Below, piece by piece: positions 1-12,057 of a stretch of 64,000 nucleotides of DNA; positions within the stretch are counted from its first letter, which is position 1, and every line of letters begins with the position of its first letter. Source of the DNA: Macrostomum hystrix (lineage: Eukaryota; Animalia; Platyhelminthes); contig CATNEN010000001.1 in assembly GCA_950097015.1 (NCBI GenBank), positions 10,478,001 through 10,542,000 of the forward strand, read 5' to 3'. The position numbers and the translations under genes are program-made. The notes beneath the pieces were generated by a model, which saw only the letters and a program-made list of their open reading frames with translations, was not told where the DNA came from and ran no database searches.

Positions 1-165
1 GTATCGGATGAGAAAATGGGAATGAGGTGTGGTATCGGATGAGAAAATGGGAATAAGATGTGGTATCGGATGAGGAAATGGGAATAAGATGTGGTATCGG
101 ATGAGGAAATGGGAATAAGATGTGGTATCGGATGAGGAAATGGGAATAAGGTGTGGTATCGGATG
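1..165. repeat. 31-bp minisatellite (GTATCGGATGAGGAAATGGGAATAAGATGTG), truncated by the window start
   Basis: About 5 tandem units are visible directly. Confidence 0.9.
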
Positions 166-1614
166 GCATGTGGATGGGATCACATGTGACCCTCCCCAAG
201 TTAAAGCGTGCCTTGCATGGCAACCAATTCAACTAGCAATGATTCGTGTGCAACTAGAGGGCTGCAACCCCTGAATTCTATTGTCAAAAACTATCAGAAA
301 TACTTGAGTTACTGACAAACTCCCTCCTGGAGAGGGTGGGAAATCACCAGTATTATCAGGGCTTGTGATTCGCAGTTACTCACGGCTCCCCAGCAGCTCA
401 CGGCCAGCGGCACGAAGCTCGCAGTCGCCTCACGGTTGATGGAAGAAGCTGGTGATGGGCTGAAAATGATGTTGAAAACAGGGAATGGAATTCGTAGGGT
501 ATGAGTTGTGCAGGGAATTAAGAGGACGTTGGAGCAACACACCTTTGGGTTATTGGACAGTGAAACGACAGAAGGAGAATGCAATGCAATTACATTCGCA
601 TTACTAGTAATGCATTCCTACTACTGAGCTGGTTAAAAATAATGAAGATGGGATCAGTTTAAGATGGGATCAAATAAGATGAGGGAAGGGACACGGATAA
701 CATCAGAGGAAAATTACTCACTGCTCACAAGCAGCTCACAGGCAGTGGCAATGAGTTCGCAATCGTTTATTGGGTTTCTTGCAGAAGCTGCCAGCGTGCT
801 CAAGCTGTCCAGGAGGGCTTGAAGCAGTTGCATTGAGTTTTCTCTGAGTAGTTACAGCTCAGCTTTCAGTTTTCAGTCAGTTGAGGAAGGCGGGCATTTT
901 GTCCTGGAGTCTGCTGTGTTGAGTTGCCCTTAGCAACCATGCGCCCTAACTCTGACTTGTACGCTTTAACTGAGTACTTAAGAGGAGGTGGAGGAGCTAC
1001 TGACATCCTGCACCAGCTAACTGCATAGCAAGTAAGAGAGCGCGCATCCTCAGCAGTCACAGGGCATTGTGCTCAATTCCCATTGTTATGGCCTGGTCTG
1101 GGAGCTTCTCTCTCTCCACCTCCCTGCCATCTATCTGCCTCATTGTGCAAATGCTCAAGTTATGAAATTATCAGTTCTACAGGCAAAAAAACAGCTAAAA
1201 CATTCACTCTTTCTACCTCCTATCTATCAGAACATCTTTTCAACAGCCAGTTTTATGATCATCTCGAGTCTCTGGGTCTCTACAAGGGCATGCTGAGACT
1301 AGGGCTGAGTTGACGAGGCCTGGTGTTGTGGTGTTGAGTAGTTTTCTAGATGAAGTACAGACGATGCAAGAAGATCCTGAATGAGGTCAATGTTTGCACC
1401 TGCAACCTGAAAAGTGTTTGCTAACAAAGACTTTGCTAACAAAGAGCCAGTCACTGTGTCCCTCTGTGATCACGCCTTTCATGACAAGTTAGTGCTTCAA
1501 TTTCATTGTTTGTACTAAAAGCGGTCCTAGAAGTTAAGACTCTTGGTCTCAGTCACATAGCCAGTGTGGCAGCACTGGCCACAATCGTCTTTGGTAGGAC
1601 AGTCTACCCATCTC

Positions 1615-1700
1615 AGCAGTCAGCTGGAGTGTCAGTGCAGTCAGCTGCATTGTCAGTGCAGTCAGCTGCATTGTCAGTGCAGTCAGCTAGAGTGTCAGTG
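1615..1700. repeat. 21-bp tandem repeat (CAGTCAGCTGCATTGTCAGTG), ~4 copies, intronic
   Basis: Direct repeats; they explain the SVQSAAL repeats in ORF 1506-1883. Confidence 0.8.
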
Positions 1701-1759
1701 CTCCCTCTCATTCGCCCATCATTCGCTACATATCGGCTACCACCCCGCTTCCGTCGCAG

Positions 1760-2476
1760 GCTCCAAATATTTCGTCTTGGACAGCTCAACCGGCCGTCTC
1801 ATCGGCAGGCCGGCGGACATTGTAGCGGACTTCAGTCCGAAGCCTGGCCGCGGCCTTGGCTGGCAGATTCCCAGCCCGATTGAGGCGGCCTACTATGACC
1901 AGGACAGGCGGCTGGCGGTCTTCATTGCCAGAGAATGGGTGAGCAGCTGCTCGATACTCGCAAACCAATATTTGAGAAATAATCTCAACTATCACTATTA
2001 GTAGTGTCGATGCAAATTTCATTCTCGAGTGATTCAGTTCAGATTCAACACCGTTCTCCTTTGTCCAGGCATTCGAGTACGACCTCGTGCACCCGAGCGG
2101 AGCATTGCGCAAGCACAACTGCTGCGAGAGGCGGCTCAAACTGTCCCACATGTTCCCGCAGCCTTCCAGCAGTCGGCAGTCGCTGCCGTCTCGCCTGGAC
2201 GCTGCCTACTATCGGCTGAGCGACTTCGCCGTGTTCCTCATCTCCGGCAGCGACTTCTGGCGCTACGGAGCTGTCAATCAAACTGACAGCGACTTCGACT
2301 TTGAGTCCGAGCAGATGAGCAATGCCACCATGGGCGACTCTCCTGCGCCAACCGTTGAGAACCCTGAGCAGTCCAGAGTCCTGAGCTACGGTGGCAAAGT
2401 GTTTCATCAGTGGAGAAATCTGTGCGCCGTGGCGGACTCCAAGTGCGACCTGAACAGACAGGTGAAGCGGCAATGA
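1760..2476 (+). CDS. C-terminal hemopexin-repeat exons of a matrix metalloproteinase, MMP21-like (exons 1760-1938 and 2069-2476; upstream exons not identified)
   Basis: Acceptor tcgcag|G at 1760, donor TGG|gtgag at 1939 and acceptor ttgtccag|GCA at 2069 join in frame. Product: GSKYFVLDS...IPSPIEAAYYDQDRRLAVFIAREW-AFEYDL...LPSRLDAAYYRLSDFAVFLISGSDFWRY...QWRNLCAV. It has hemopexin DAA motifs and a terminal W-x3-C, and resembles the vertebrate MMP21 C-terminus as recalled from memory. Confidence 0.8.
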
Positions 2477-2624
2477 ACTGCAGAATGTGGCAACTTACCT
2501 GAGACCTACCTCGTCAACTAGTTAGTGATTTCATACTTTCGTCATTGTCTCGTTTCACCTTTGAAATTCTCCTTTTTGGAGACTGTTCTCAACTGTTCTC
2601 ATATGCGTTTCACAACTCGTTGCT

Positions 2625-3200
2625 AAGATAAAGAATTCATCTGTCAGATAAAGGATTCATCTGTCAGATAAAGGATTCATCTGTCAGATAAAGGATTCAT
2701 CTGTCGGATAAAGCATTCATCTGTCAGATAAAGGATTCATCTGTCAGATAAAGGATTCATCTGTCAGATAAAGGATTCATCTGTCAGATAAAGGATTCAG
2801 CTGTCAGATAAAGGATTCATCTGTCAGATAAAGGATTCATCTGTATGATAAAGGATTAATCTGTCAGATTAAGGACTCATCTGTCAGATATAGGATTCAT
2901 CTGTCAGATAAAGGATTCATCTGTCAGATAAAGGATTCATCTGTCAGATAACGGATTCATCTGTCAGATAAAGGATTCATCTGTATGATAAAGGATTAAT
3001 CTGTCAGATTAAGGACTCATCTGTCAGATAAAGGATTCATCTGTCAGATAAAGGATTCATCTGTCAGATAAAGGATTCATCTGTCAGATAACGGATTCAT
3101 CTGTCAGATAAAGGATTCATCTGTCAGATAACGGATTCATCTGTCAGATAAAGGATTCATCTGTCAGATAAAGGATTCATCTGTCAGGTAAAGGATTCAT
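2625..3200. repeat. 20-bp minisatellite (CTGTCAGATAAAGGATTCAT), ~29 copies
   Basis: Tandem units seen directly. Confidence 0.95.
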
Positions 3201-3917
3201 GTTTGAAAACGGCTTGATTTTTGCATTCAGTTTTTTCTCATGAAAGTCATTTTTTCTCGAAAACACGGCCCTTAAAAGCCGAAGTCCGACTGTTTTTGGA
3301 ATTTGTTTCGCTGAAAAAAATCGCAGTTTTTATCACATCAAATATAAACAAATTGTTGAGGCAGATTAGCCTACAAAGCAAATTTTAGTTTAAACGACCC
3401 CTAAATCATGTTTGTCTGCGAGTACTTGGACCTCATTTCTGGCATTTTATGCACCTATTTATATTCCTGTACTAGTCTGTTTTCTCTGTATTCTTAGAAA
3501 CCTGCCCATTGATTTCGCCAATCCACAATGAACGAGACCTTCTTACCTTCTTAAGCTTGAATAAATGAGCACAGCTGTTTTTAAATAGGTAGTGAGTAAA
3601 TAGTTTCACTAAACTGAGTATATTTTACTCAAACAATCAAAAGTCAGCCAGCCAACACGATTTGTCAATCAAAATCTAATAGAAAAACCAAGATCAATGA
3701 AGGATAAAGATAAATAGGGCCGAATAGCAAAGTAGTGGACACTCGAATAAATATTTGTTTAACGAAACACAAACCAGTGCGTGCATAAGAAATGTCATGT
3801 TTTCAATATTTCATTCTGAATAAAGAAGTAGGACATGCCAAGTACCGTAGGCACTACTCATGATAAATATTCGGCGACTCGCCAGTAGCAGAAGTAACAA
3901 ATTAGAAAAAATTAAAA

Positions 3918-4203
3918 GGGAGACTGTTGCCTAGTGGTTATTCCACAGGGCTTCTGGGCAAGAGGTCCGCAGTTCGATTCTCAGACAAAGGGAGGAGTTT
4001 GTGTATCTAACTCTCTATATAACTCTCTAATTGCTTCACCCAGCTGTAGCATTAGTGTGAGCATTGGCTGGTGTAGAAACTTTGGTGGTTTGTTGGCTTC
4101 CACAGTCCATGGACTGACCAAATGTACGCAGCACTTGGCTACAACGCTCAATAGCTGCGGCTGTGACTGCCTGTACATCTGGACCGATGGGATAGGTGTC
4201 AAT
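3918..4203 (+). mobile_element. tRNA-derived SINE, diverged copy of the family at 25078-25384
   Basis: A-box-like TTGCCTAGTGG and B-box-like AGTTCGATTC. Shares blocks TTCACCCAGCTGT, CAGTCCATGGACTG, TGTACGCAGC, CAATAGCTGCGGCTGTG and GGGAYAGGTGT with the 25 kb copy. Confidence 0.8.
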
Positions 4204-4594
4204 TTGTGGGTTTTAACTTTGAAAAGGTCTTCACAAAATAAACGAATGGAGAAACTACTAAATAAAATGAAAAAATGAAGACACCACCACATTATACATA
4301 GATGAAAAGAAGTAAGAAAACAAGAAAGCTTTACTATTCTAGGCTTTTTTCTTCCGAAAACCGCATGGACAGTAAATTATTCGAAATTTGATATTTGGGG
4401 CAATGAATTATTGTTATACTTTTAAAGTACGCTCCTAATTGCAAGAAAAAGCAAGTAAACAGTACGTTAAAACTCAACAGTTTAACCGACCTAAGCGCCA
4501 ACATAAACGTGAACGAAAACTACACTTATCGGCTAAGTCTATAATTTCTTGAAACTATAAAATGTCTCAATTTTTTACTTATAACGTACTTTAT

Positions 4595-7500
4595 TCAATC
4601 ATTTTCGATCACTGCATTGAAAACTGCGGTGAAAACTGCATTGACGTATTGCTCATACTGCTCCGAGGTGTATCGTCCATGAGGCTGACTTCTAGGCTCG
4701 GTGATGTCGGAACGAAAATGCTTCAGGTTATGTCCCTTTGGACGAGCGCACCAGACCAACACCAGGAATTGAAACCAGGCACAAATCAGGTCGATTTCAG
4801 TCTCCCAGTTTGCATTAAAGTTTGGTTCCTGATTATTCTGCAGTCCGGGGTTCACCAACAAGGACTCGACGCGGCCTCTCACAATGGCAGCTGCGTTCTG
4901 TAGCAGCAGCTTGAAGACTGGCTCAGTGAATTTGACACTCTTCACCTGCAGCGAGGGCACCGCCTCAGAATGGGTTAAGTGCTGGTAGAAAGTTTCTTTC
5001 GTCTCATCTGACCAGCGCCATTCACCATTCTCGAGAGTGGCAATGCGCAGAACTGGCACCTGGCACTTCTCGAAGAGGATTCGAAAAATGAGCTTTGACC
5101 GAGATCGAAATCGCTCTCGAAGCTGTTCGTACGCTTCTCCTCTTTTGGGGAACTCGAGAGAGCACTTCGTGATTTTCTGACTTCCACTTTCAACTCCGCC
5201 TGTTCCCCAGATGTCATGAAATTCGTACGATTTTCCGGCTGTTGAATTTTCTGCGTATCTACTTATTGTTTTATTGGCATTGTGTTTAAAAGTAGGAATA
5301 AAGACAGGAAGATTGTCTGACAAAACTCCTTTAGCTCCAGATTTTTTTGCAAGGCCTTGAATGGAATTAATGGTCCGTTTCAATAGATCAGTCAAATAAT
5401 CTTTTGGAATTTCTCCAGCCTTGAATTCAACCTGTTGAGGAAGTTTCGGGTCCCTGATGACTTCGGAATAGTCCTTTTGAGTGACTTTCTTCTGTGAGCA
5501 GACAACCATCAGAAACGAGAACCACAGGCCAATCGTGCGAATTTCCGTCTTCCATTTTCCTTCGGACTGTTCATCGTGGCTGGTCAGATCGGGGTGGACG
5601 AGCAGCGACTCGCAACGACCCCGCACAATGGCTGCCGCGTTTTGGGCAAGCTCTTTGAGCGTACTGGAATTTTTGTCTTGGGATTCAACGAATTTATTCA
5701 TTCCTTCAATTATTTTGTCATCGATAGCTTGGGCCGATACCCTCACTACTGTAAATACTTTTTGCTCTCGCCCTTCAAAAACATTTTTTAGACAATCGAA
5801 TGCCTCCTTTGGATCCTCGAACTCCAACGCGCACCTAGATATTGGCATGGCAATAGGATGGCCCTCTTGTTCCTCGGTTGAGTTCCAAATGTCAAAATAT
5901 CGGATTGGTTTCGAAGCTGTAAACCTTTTGTCGTACCGGTTTCCAATGGTTATCTTCGGCACCAGCGGTTTCGCATATGTCTTTTTGAGCACATCGAATT
6001 TTCGATATTTCTCTGTAACAACGGCACTGAAGCGACCATTGAGCAAAGAATAGAAGTACCAGAGAATACCGTCTCTGGGCATGAGATTCATCTTGAGTTC
6101 TACGCTGCTCAGGTCCAGATGAAGACTAGTGTCTCCGATGTGTAGTTTTGTAGTAGACTCGGGTAAGGATGTGTTGGTTTCCTTAATCTTTTCTTCAAAG
6201 TCTTCAGTGCCTCCATTTCTACACCAAAGGCCCATCAGGAACACAAACCACACGCCTGCGGCATTCAGGTGTGAGCGAAACGCACCAAAGTGCTTACTAG
6301 TCAGCCTGCTGTACTCAGGACTTACCAGGAAGGCTTCCAATCGGCCTCTGACGACGGCTGCCGCATTTTTCATCAGGTAGGAGGCAAAATCGTCTCTTAG
6401 CTCTGATTGCTTGAGCAGCATTCCCAAACCTGCCACAACTTTAAAGTAGTATTTTTCGTCGGTGACGACCACGTTATTTTCATAAAGCTCATAGTTTTTT
6501 CCCTTCACTCTTGCCTCATACGGAAATTTATCAAAGATTTTGCCTAGCAAATCAAAGACTTGCTTCTCTCGCCATTTGTACATTGTGTGCAGGCGGCTGC
6601 AGACTTCCTGGCGGATAAGTTTTGTAGTTTTTTCAGCGTTTTCTGGCCTCAGACCTAGCTCACTGCAATGCTCTATCGCGCTGACTTCAATGCGATCAGG
6701 TGGATTATTAAATGGGTTCTCGCCATCTTTGCCCCAAATGTCGTGCAGGTCATAAGGCCGGCTGGCCAAGTAGCGCATGTCGTAGCCTCCATCAAGCCTC
6801 ACTTGAGGAACCAAGCGTCGAGCGTATTTGTTCTTCACATCTTCATATGAGTAGTCATTCAGACCGGCCTTCAGACCGGCCTTCTGAAGCAGCGAGTGAA
6901 AGTAGTGCAGGATTTGCTCTCTCGGCAACTGATAGGTGGGCAGGTAGGGCTCCACTGTTGGTTCGCCATCGAGACCATCAATGCGAACATTGTAAGTCAT
7001 GATTCCCGGCTCAATGCCTGTAGTCAATAAGAGACTCTTCTTAGAAAATTTTTTTTGACTCAGCACTGTTAACTGTACATTTTTGTTGTCTAGAAGCTTG
7101 CCATCTCTTGGTCGGAAGGTGTATCCGTTCTCTGAGCAAGTCAACTTATCTGAATATTGGGAACTGTCTAGATTATAGCAAACGTACAGCTCCCAGCCTG
7201 AATTTCGCCGTTTGTCAAGCTTTTCGACCAAGCTTTTGGCCGAATTCGAATCAATGCTCAATAAATTTTTGTCTGATTTGTCCTGTATCCATGTTTGTTC
7301 GTCACGATTGCAGAGACAATATTCACGGATTTGGAATTCAATCTGAAGTTCTTCATTGCGGATGGTGCGCAGGGCCAGATCCTGCAGAATCAGGTAGCAA
7401 AGACGGGTGTCTTTGAATTTAGTCGTGAGGTCAATAGCACTTTCTGGTCTTCTATTATGTTGCCAGTTAATGTACATAAACAGCTTCTCATTCTCACCTA

Positions 7501-10500
7501 GAGTTTCCTTGAGTTGAATTTGCATATTCAGCCTTGCTGGTATTGAATAGAAAGGCCCTGCCATGTGGCATTGATTAGCCAAGTCTATTTCCACATAAAA
7601 TATGATGTAGTGCCTAAACAGGTCGAAGCTTGTTGCCTTCAAACCATCGATTGTATATTCTCTATCAATTTTATTATACGTCACTTTGAAGCTAATAGCT
7701 GTGCCGTCAAATGTTTGAAGACAACCTTTTGTAGTGTCCAACCGCAAATTGTAGATAGTGCGAAGCCATTTGTTGGCTCTATCGAACTCTGGGTTCTTCG
7801 TTGTCTTCGGGTTCGAATCCCTAAAGCTGAGGTTTTCTCGGCTGGCTGCTTGGATCAACAGGGTCGCAGGCAGCACGGGGTAGCAATAGAATTCCTCAGT
7901 CTCCTGAGAGTAGAAGAGAACAAATTCTATGATTCCCCATTTGAACTCTGGTTCCAATACTTTTACAACAGGTGGGTCATTGGGGTCATTGGTTCGTACT
8001 TGAAACTTTACTGAACTGAAAACTCGTTTTTCTCCTTTCGCTTTTGATGTCCGCTTCGGTAGTGAAAAATCGATTTCGATAGGCTTTTCAGTTTTCCATT
8101 CTGAGGAGGCATTTTGACATGTCAGTTTTAAATTTTCGGTTTTATCATCGATCTGAAGACTGATCCCCTCATGACTCGAGTTTAGAAGCACTTGGACATG
8201 CAGCTTGCATTTGATTTTGTCCTGAAATAAAAATAAACACGATTGTGTAATCAAATCAAATGGTTCAAAGCTACTCTGTTTATTCGTTGGGCTATTGCTA
8301 ACTGACGAAGGCAAACAAGCCTCGGTGCGAGGTTTGAACCCCACTTTAAGTGTGTCACGAGTACCAGAGATTGTTGCAACTCGCTCGCACCGGCGGGACA
8401 CAGCGCCTGTGAGGTATGAGTCAGTCCAGGCCTACGGGCTATGGTCAGCGATGCCTCACGCCTGCAGTCGCTCTTTGAGCAGGTTTGGCTGATGGGTGCC
8501 TCTGGCTACGGCTAAGAGGAAAGGTGTCACCCTTTGACCTTAATAGGGCATGCGGCCAGTCAGGTTTCTTACCTCGCTCACGAATAGACCCGCACCTGCC
8601 TTCAGCTATTGCCTCTACTAATGCCAACCGGGACTGAAGCTCCCGCTACAAACCCGACCCCTCCGGCCGCTGTTATTGACAGCGCCAATGCCGGACCTTA
8701 CGGTTCCCATGGCGGGGCCCGGGAAACGAAGTTTGGCCGCTCCAAACGGTCGGAAGAAGCCCGCCGCCGGAACCAGCGTAGCAACCAGCGACGGCGAAAG
8801 AAGAAGGCCACTGCGCTCACGGCAGGCAACGCTACTGTGGCGGAGAGGCGGAGCGGAGCGACTTCTGGACCCTTGAGAACAGACTCCTCACCCCTCCACT
8901 GCGGGTGGCGACACCGCAAGCAGGGCGCCTCCCCATGCAGCTGCGGGTGCGTCTACTGGTAATGTGGCGCTACCTCTGGAACGACCGCATCTTTCAGCAA
9001 GGCCAAGGAGACCTATGCCTCCTATGCGCTCCAACGCGCTATCATCATCTGTGGCGACGAGTGCGACCTGACGGTCGAGCAGGTCGAGAGTTTGTGGGGC
9101 ACTGTCGACGCCGGTCTCATTGACATGACCATAGAAGGCCACCTGGTCGATGTGTTCAAGTCTGCCAAAGGGCTGCGTCCTACCAGTCGGCTGAGGGACG
9201 CCTGCAGCATCTCCGCGAACTGCTGCCCTGCTTCAAGTGGGCCGAAGCTAAAACTAAAAGCGAATCTGACCAAACTGCTTACCTCGATGCCATCCTTGAG
9301 TTTAAAAGGCAATGTTGAAGCGCTAAATCTAACAAATTGCGCAAATGCTGTGAAAAGTTGGAAGGTGCGCGCCCGACCTCCAGAATGGTCAAACTTGGAC
9401 AAAATGATCAAACTTTCTACGGTCAAGAAAGCCGATGGCTGGCTCACCGTTTACCCGGAGGAAACTCGTTACTCTAGACACCATGCTCAACGCTTTCTTC
9501 TTCCCTAGTGAGCCAGCTAGGCCAGACCTGCCGGCTCATTCCGCTGGAGGTCATATATTGGCATCTGGCATCATCACGGAAGATAGAATTTAATAACTTC
9601 GTGCTCACCTTCAAGCCTTATAAGGCCCGGGGACCAGACGGCTTTGTACCTGCCTTCCTCATAGAGGTGGGTAAATGCCCTGGCTTTCTCAAAGATCTCT
9701 GCAAGCTTTTTAGGGCCTGGATTATGCTCAGTTACTTGCCGAAGGCCTGGACGGAAGCTAGAGTTGTTTTCATTCCGAAGCCAGGTCAATCGGAATACGT
9801 ACCAAAAAATCCTTCAGACCTGGTTCATCCGTTCAGCCAGCGAAAATCCACAGTCTGAACTGCGCATATCCAGTCCAAAACCAAAAAGGCCTTCGCGATC
9901 CTGGCGGTGGTACTACTTGGGGGATAACCCCAAGACGCCTCTGGTGGATCTACACTGCAGTGGTAAGACCAGCAGTCTCCTATGTGATACTGATCTGGAT
10001 CAGTGCCTTGCAAGTCAAGACCTGCCTCGAGGCCTAGGGGTGCTCGAGAGGGTGCAGGGGCGAGCTTGTCGCAAGGTCCTGAACGCTCCTCTCTCTGTGC
10101 CTTTTGGGACCCTCGTCGGCAGTCCCCATCCCAACCTGTCATCAATCGCCAGATTAATGACTGGGCAACCAAACCCATCCATCGATGATGTTTGCAGACC
10201 CGAGAACATCCCACGGCTCGTCCGATTCCTGCGGACAACCAGACGGGCTGATTTCTTCCCAGAAGAACACACTGCAGAGATGACCGGCTGACCTCCCTGA
10301 GCGGGTCTTCAGGGATTAGCGATATGGGCGACGCCTGCCTCCTCGCTGTGTCTTCGGACCGCCCTGCCGCCAGTGGCCTTTCGAAGATGCATTGTTAACT
10401 CAACAGGCCAAGTGTACTTCCAAACCCTGTCAGCCGGTGCCACATGTCTAAGGTTCATCAGCTCAGCCAGTAAACACAGAAGCCTATGTGGTTGCCAAGC

Positions 10501-10901
10501 TGCTGATCAAAATTGAACGTTTTGCAAAGCTCTACCGTGGTGCCGTGCTGATAGGCGTGCACTAAATGAGTAATAGATTTTGATATGTTATGTAGGGGTT
10601 CTTTTGTCAGAATTATTGAATATATCGACGGTCTGGAGAATTGGATTATTAGTTCAAAAGTTGCGCCAAAAGTGAGCTCTGGTATTACAGAATTTCGTAC
10701 CCCTGCGTTGCTCCCTTCGAGCGCAATATAAAAACTGTGTCGGAGGGGAAAATTCCAATGGTATTTCTATTGCTCACATGAACGCGAACTGCGTGCTGCA
10801 GTTCGAAAAGTTTTTTGACAACTTTCCGGTAATAAAAATGTCAAAGTACTGCATCGAAAACATGATAGATGACTCACATCGCTGCTCTGAGCTTGATCCA
10901 T
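4595..10901 (-). CDS. Orphan ~1216-aa protein with a beta-rich N-terminal part and three tandem ~245-285-aa unknown domains (coding exons 10901-10878 and 8221-4595)
   Basis: 3.6-kb stop-free non-repetitive frame with a strong phase-0 acceptor (tttatttttatttcag|GAC) at 8221. An upstream exon has ATG at 10901 (MDQAQSSD) and a phase-0 donor GAT|gtgagt at 10877. AATAAA overlaps the TGA stop. The first-exon assignment is inferred. Confidence 0.8.
8288..8358 (+). mobile_element. Decayed copy of the hammerhead-bearing short element (intact copy at 49652-49887)
   Basis: GGCTATTGCTAACTGACGAAGGCAAACAAGCC-TCGGT-GCGAGGTTTGAACCCCACTTTAAGTGTGT aligns to the reverse complement of ~49650-49738 but lacks AGAAACCGGTC. 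Confidence 0.7.
8400..10400 (+). mobile_element. Decayed, internally deleted non-LTR retrotransposon (LOA/R1-like), antisense in the intron of the orphan gene
   Basis: RT N-terminal motifs FKPYKARGPDGF and LPKAWTEARVVFIPKPG at ~9610-9790, pre-RT LSTVKKADGWLT, and C-terminal IARLMTG...LVRFLRTT. Frames are broken and no YADD core is visible. Ends are approximate. Confidence 0.75.
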
Positions 10902-12057
10902 GAGTCCACTGGCTCAGCCTGGACTTCTCCAAGCGACTCTACGGGTGCGTTGCCCTGCAGGTCGAGCAACCGGCTGATGGGTGACAGGTGTTAGAACCGG
11001 ACTCTGGCTGAAAAAATATATTTGAGCACCTGATTCTTAGTTTCATCCATATTAGTTCCGCATCGAAACACGCTCTCAATGTGTTTACGTGTAAAAAATC
11101 TCAAGAGAGATGACGCCACACTCATGACTGGGTATCAGATACCTGTAAGTTCTGTACTATAAACTTTTGTGTAGTGCATTCTAACATGCGCGGTGATTCT
11201 GAACCTGTTATTAGGGCGTACCAAAATGAGTATGGTATTACAAGCGCAGATGACTAAACATGAGAAAGATTTTTCGATATTTGAAGCGAGGCAGTACTTG
11301 TATCAAAAATTACTTACATTTTAAAACCTTAGAGTCCTGTCTAGCTCACAGCAAAACTTTTCGCGAAGTATACAGGTGCGAAATTGTCAACTGAAGCGTT
11401 CAAGCGGTCTTCTATTAGGTTGACTAAGAGAGCTATGTTCTCTCGCTTTTTATCGAACCTTATCTCAAGCACGAAAGCAACAACTTCATACGCATCGTCA
11501 GCAAATCGGTAAAGTTTTTTTTAAGGATTTTAGCTACATCTTGAAGCTAACTGCCAATTATTTCTCTGATAACGATATTTTCTTTCATGCCGCTATGCAG
11601 TCATCGCGCAGATATCTGAGGTCAAAGACCACGACTCCAAAAGATTCTCGAAAGATTGGATACAATACAGTACTTTGAGCTCAGTATCTCTCTAAAGTTT
11701 TAGGATTTGTAAGATTTAAGATTTAAGAAAATGGGTGCCGTTGCTTATCTTTTTTGCGCTGAAACCGAAGCTCAAAGTCCATTTTTACGGACGCGGATTA
11801 TGAGCCTAAGTCAGGTTAACTGGTACCGAATGTCACCAGATAAAGTGGTCAATAGCAACACTTTAATATTTTCACCCCCGAGCCTTCATATTGGTCTACT
11901 CAACTTAGCCTTGAATCGTACTTGCCTGCTTTAGAATCTATACTTTGACTGCGTAGCTTTAGTATGCCTTGCATTCGACTGTAACGAGCGGAGGAGGCTG
12001 CCGTGACAATGGCAATGCGGCAGACTGAATCGGATGTGTCCCTAGAAGTCAAGTTTA

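Noticed and set aside
8222-8401. N-terminal 60 aa of track ORF 4595-8401
   Set aside because: Non-ATG start, overlap with a repeat remnant, and position upstream of a strong splice acceptor; treated as intron.
10325-10380. GCCTCCTCGCTG resembling the HDV ribozyme P3/L3 at the LINE 3' end
   Set aside because: I could not complete P3, P1 or P2 pairings, and LINE-associated HDV-like ribozymes are normally at the 5' end.
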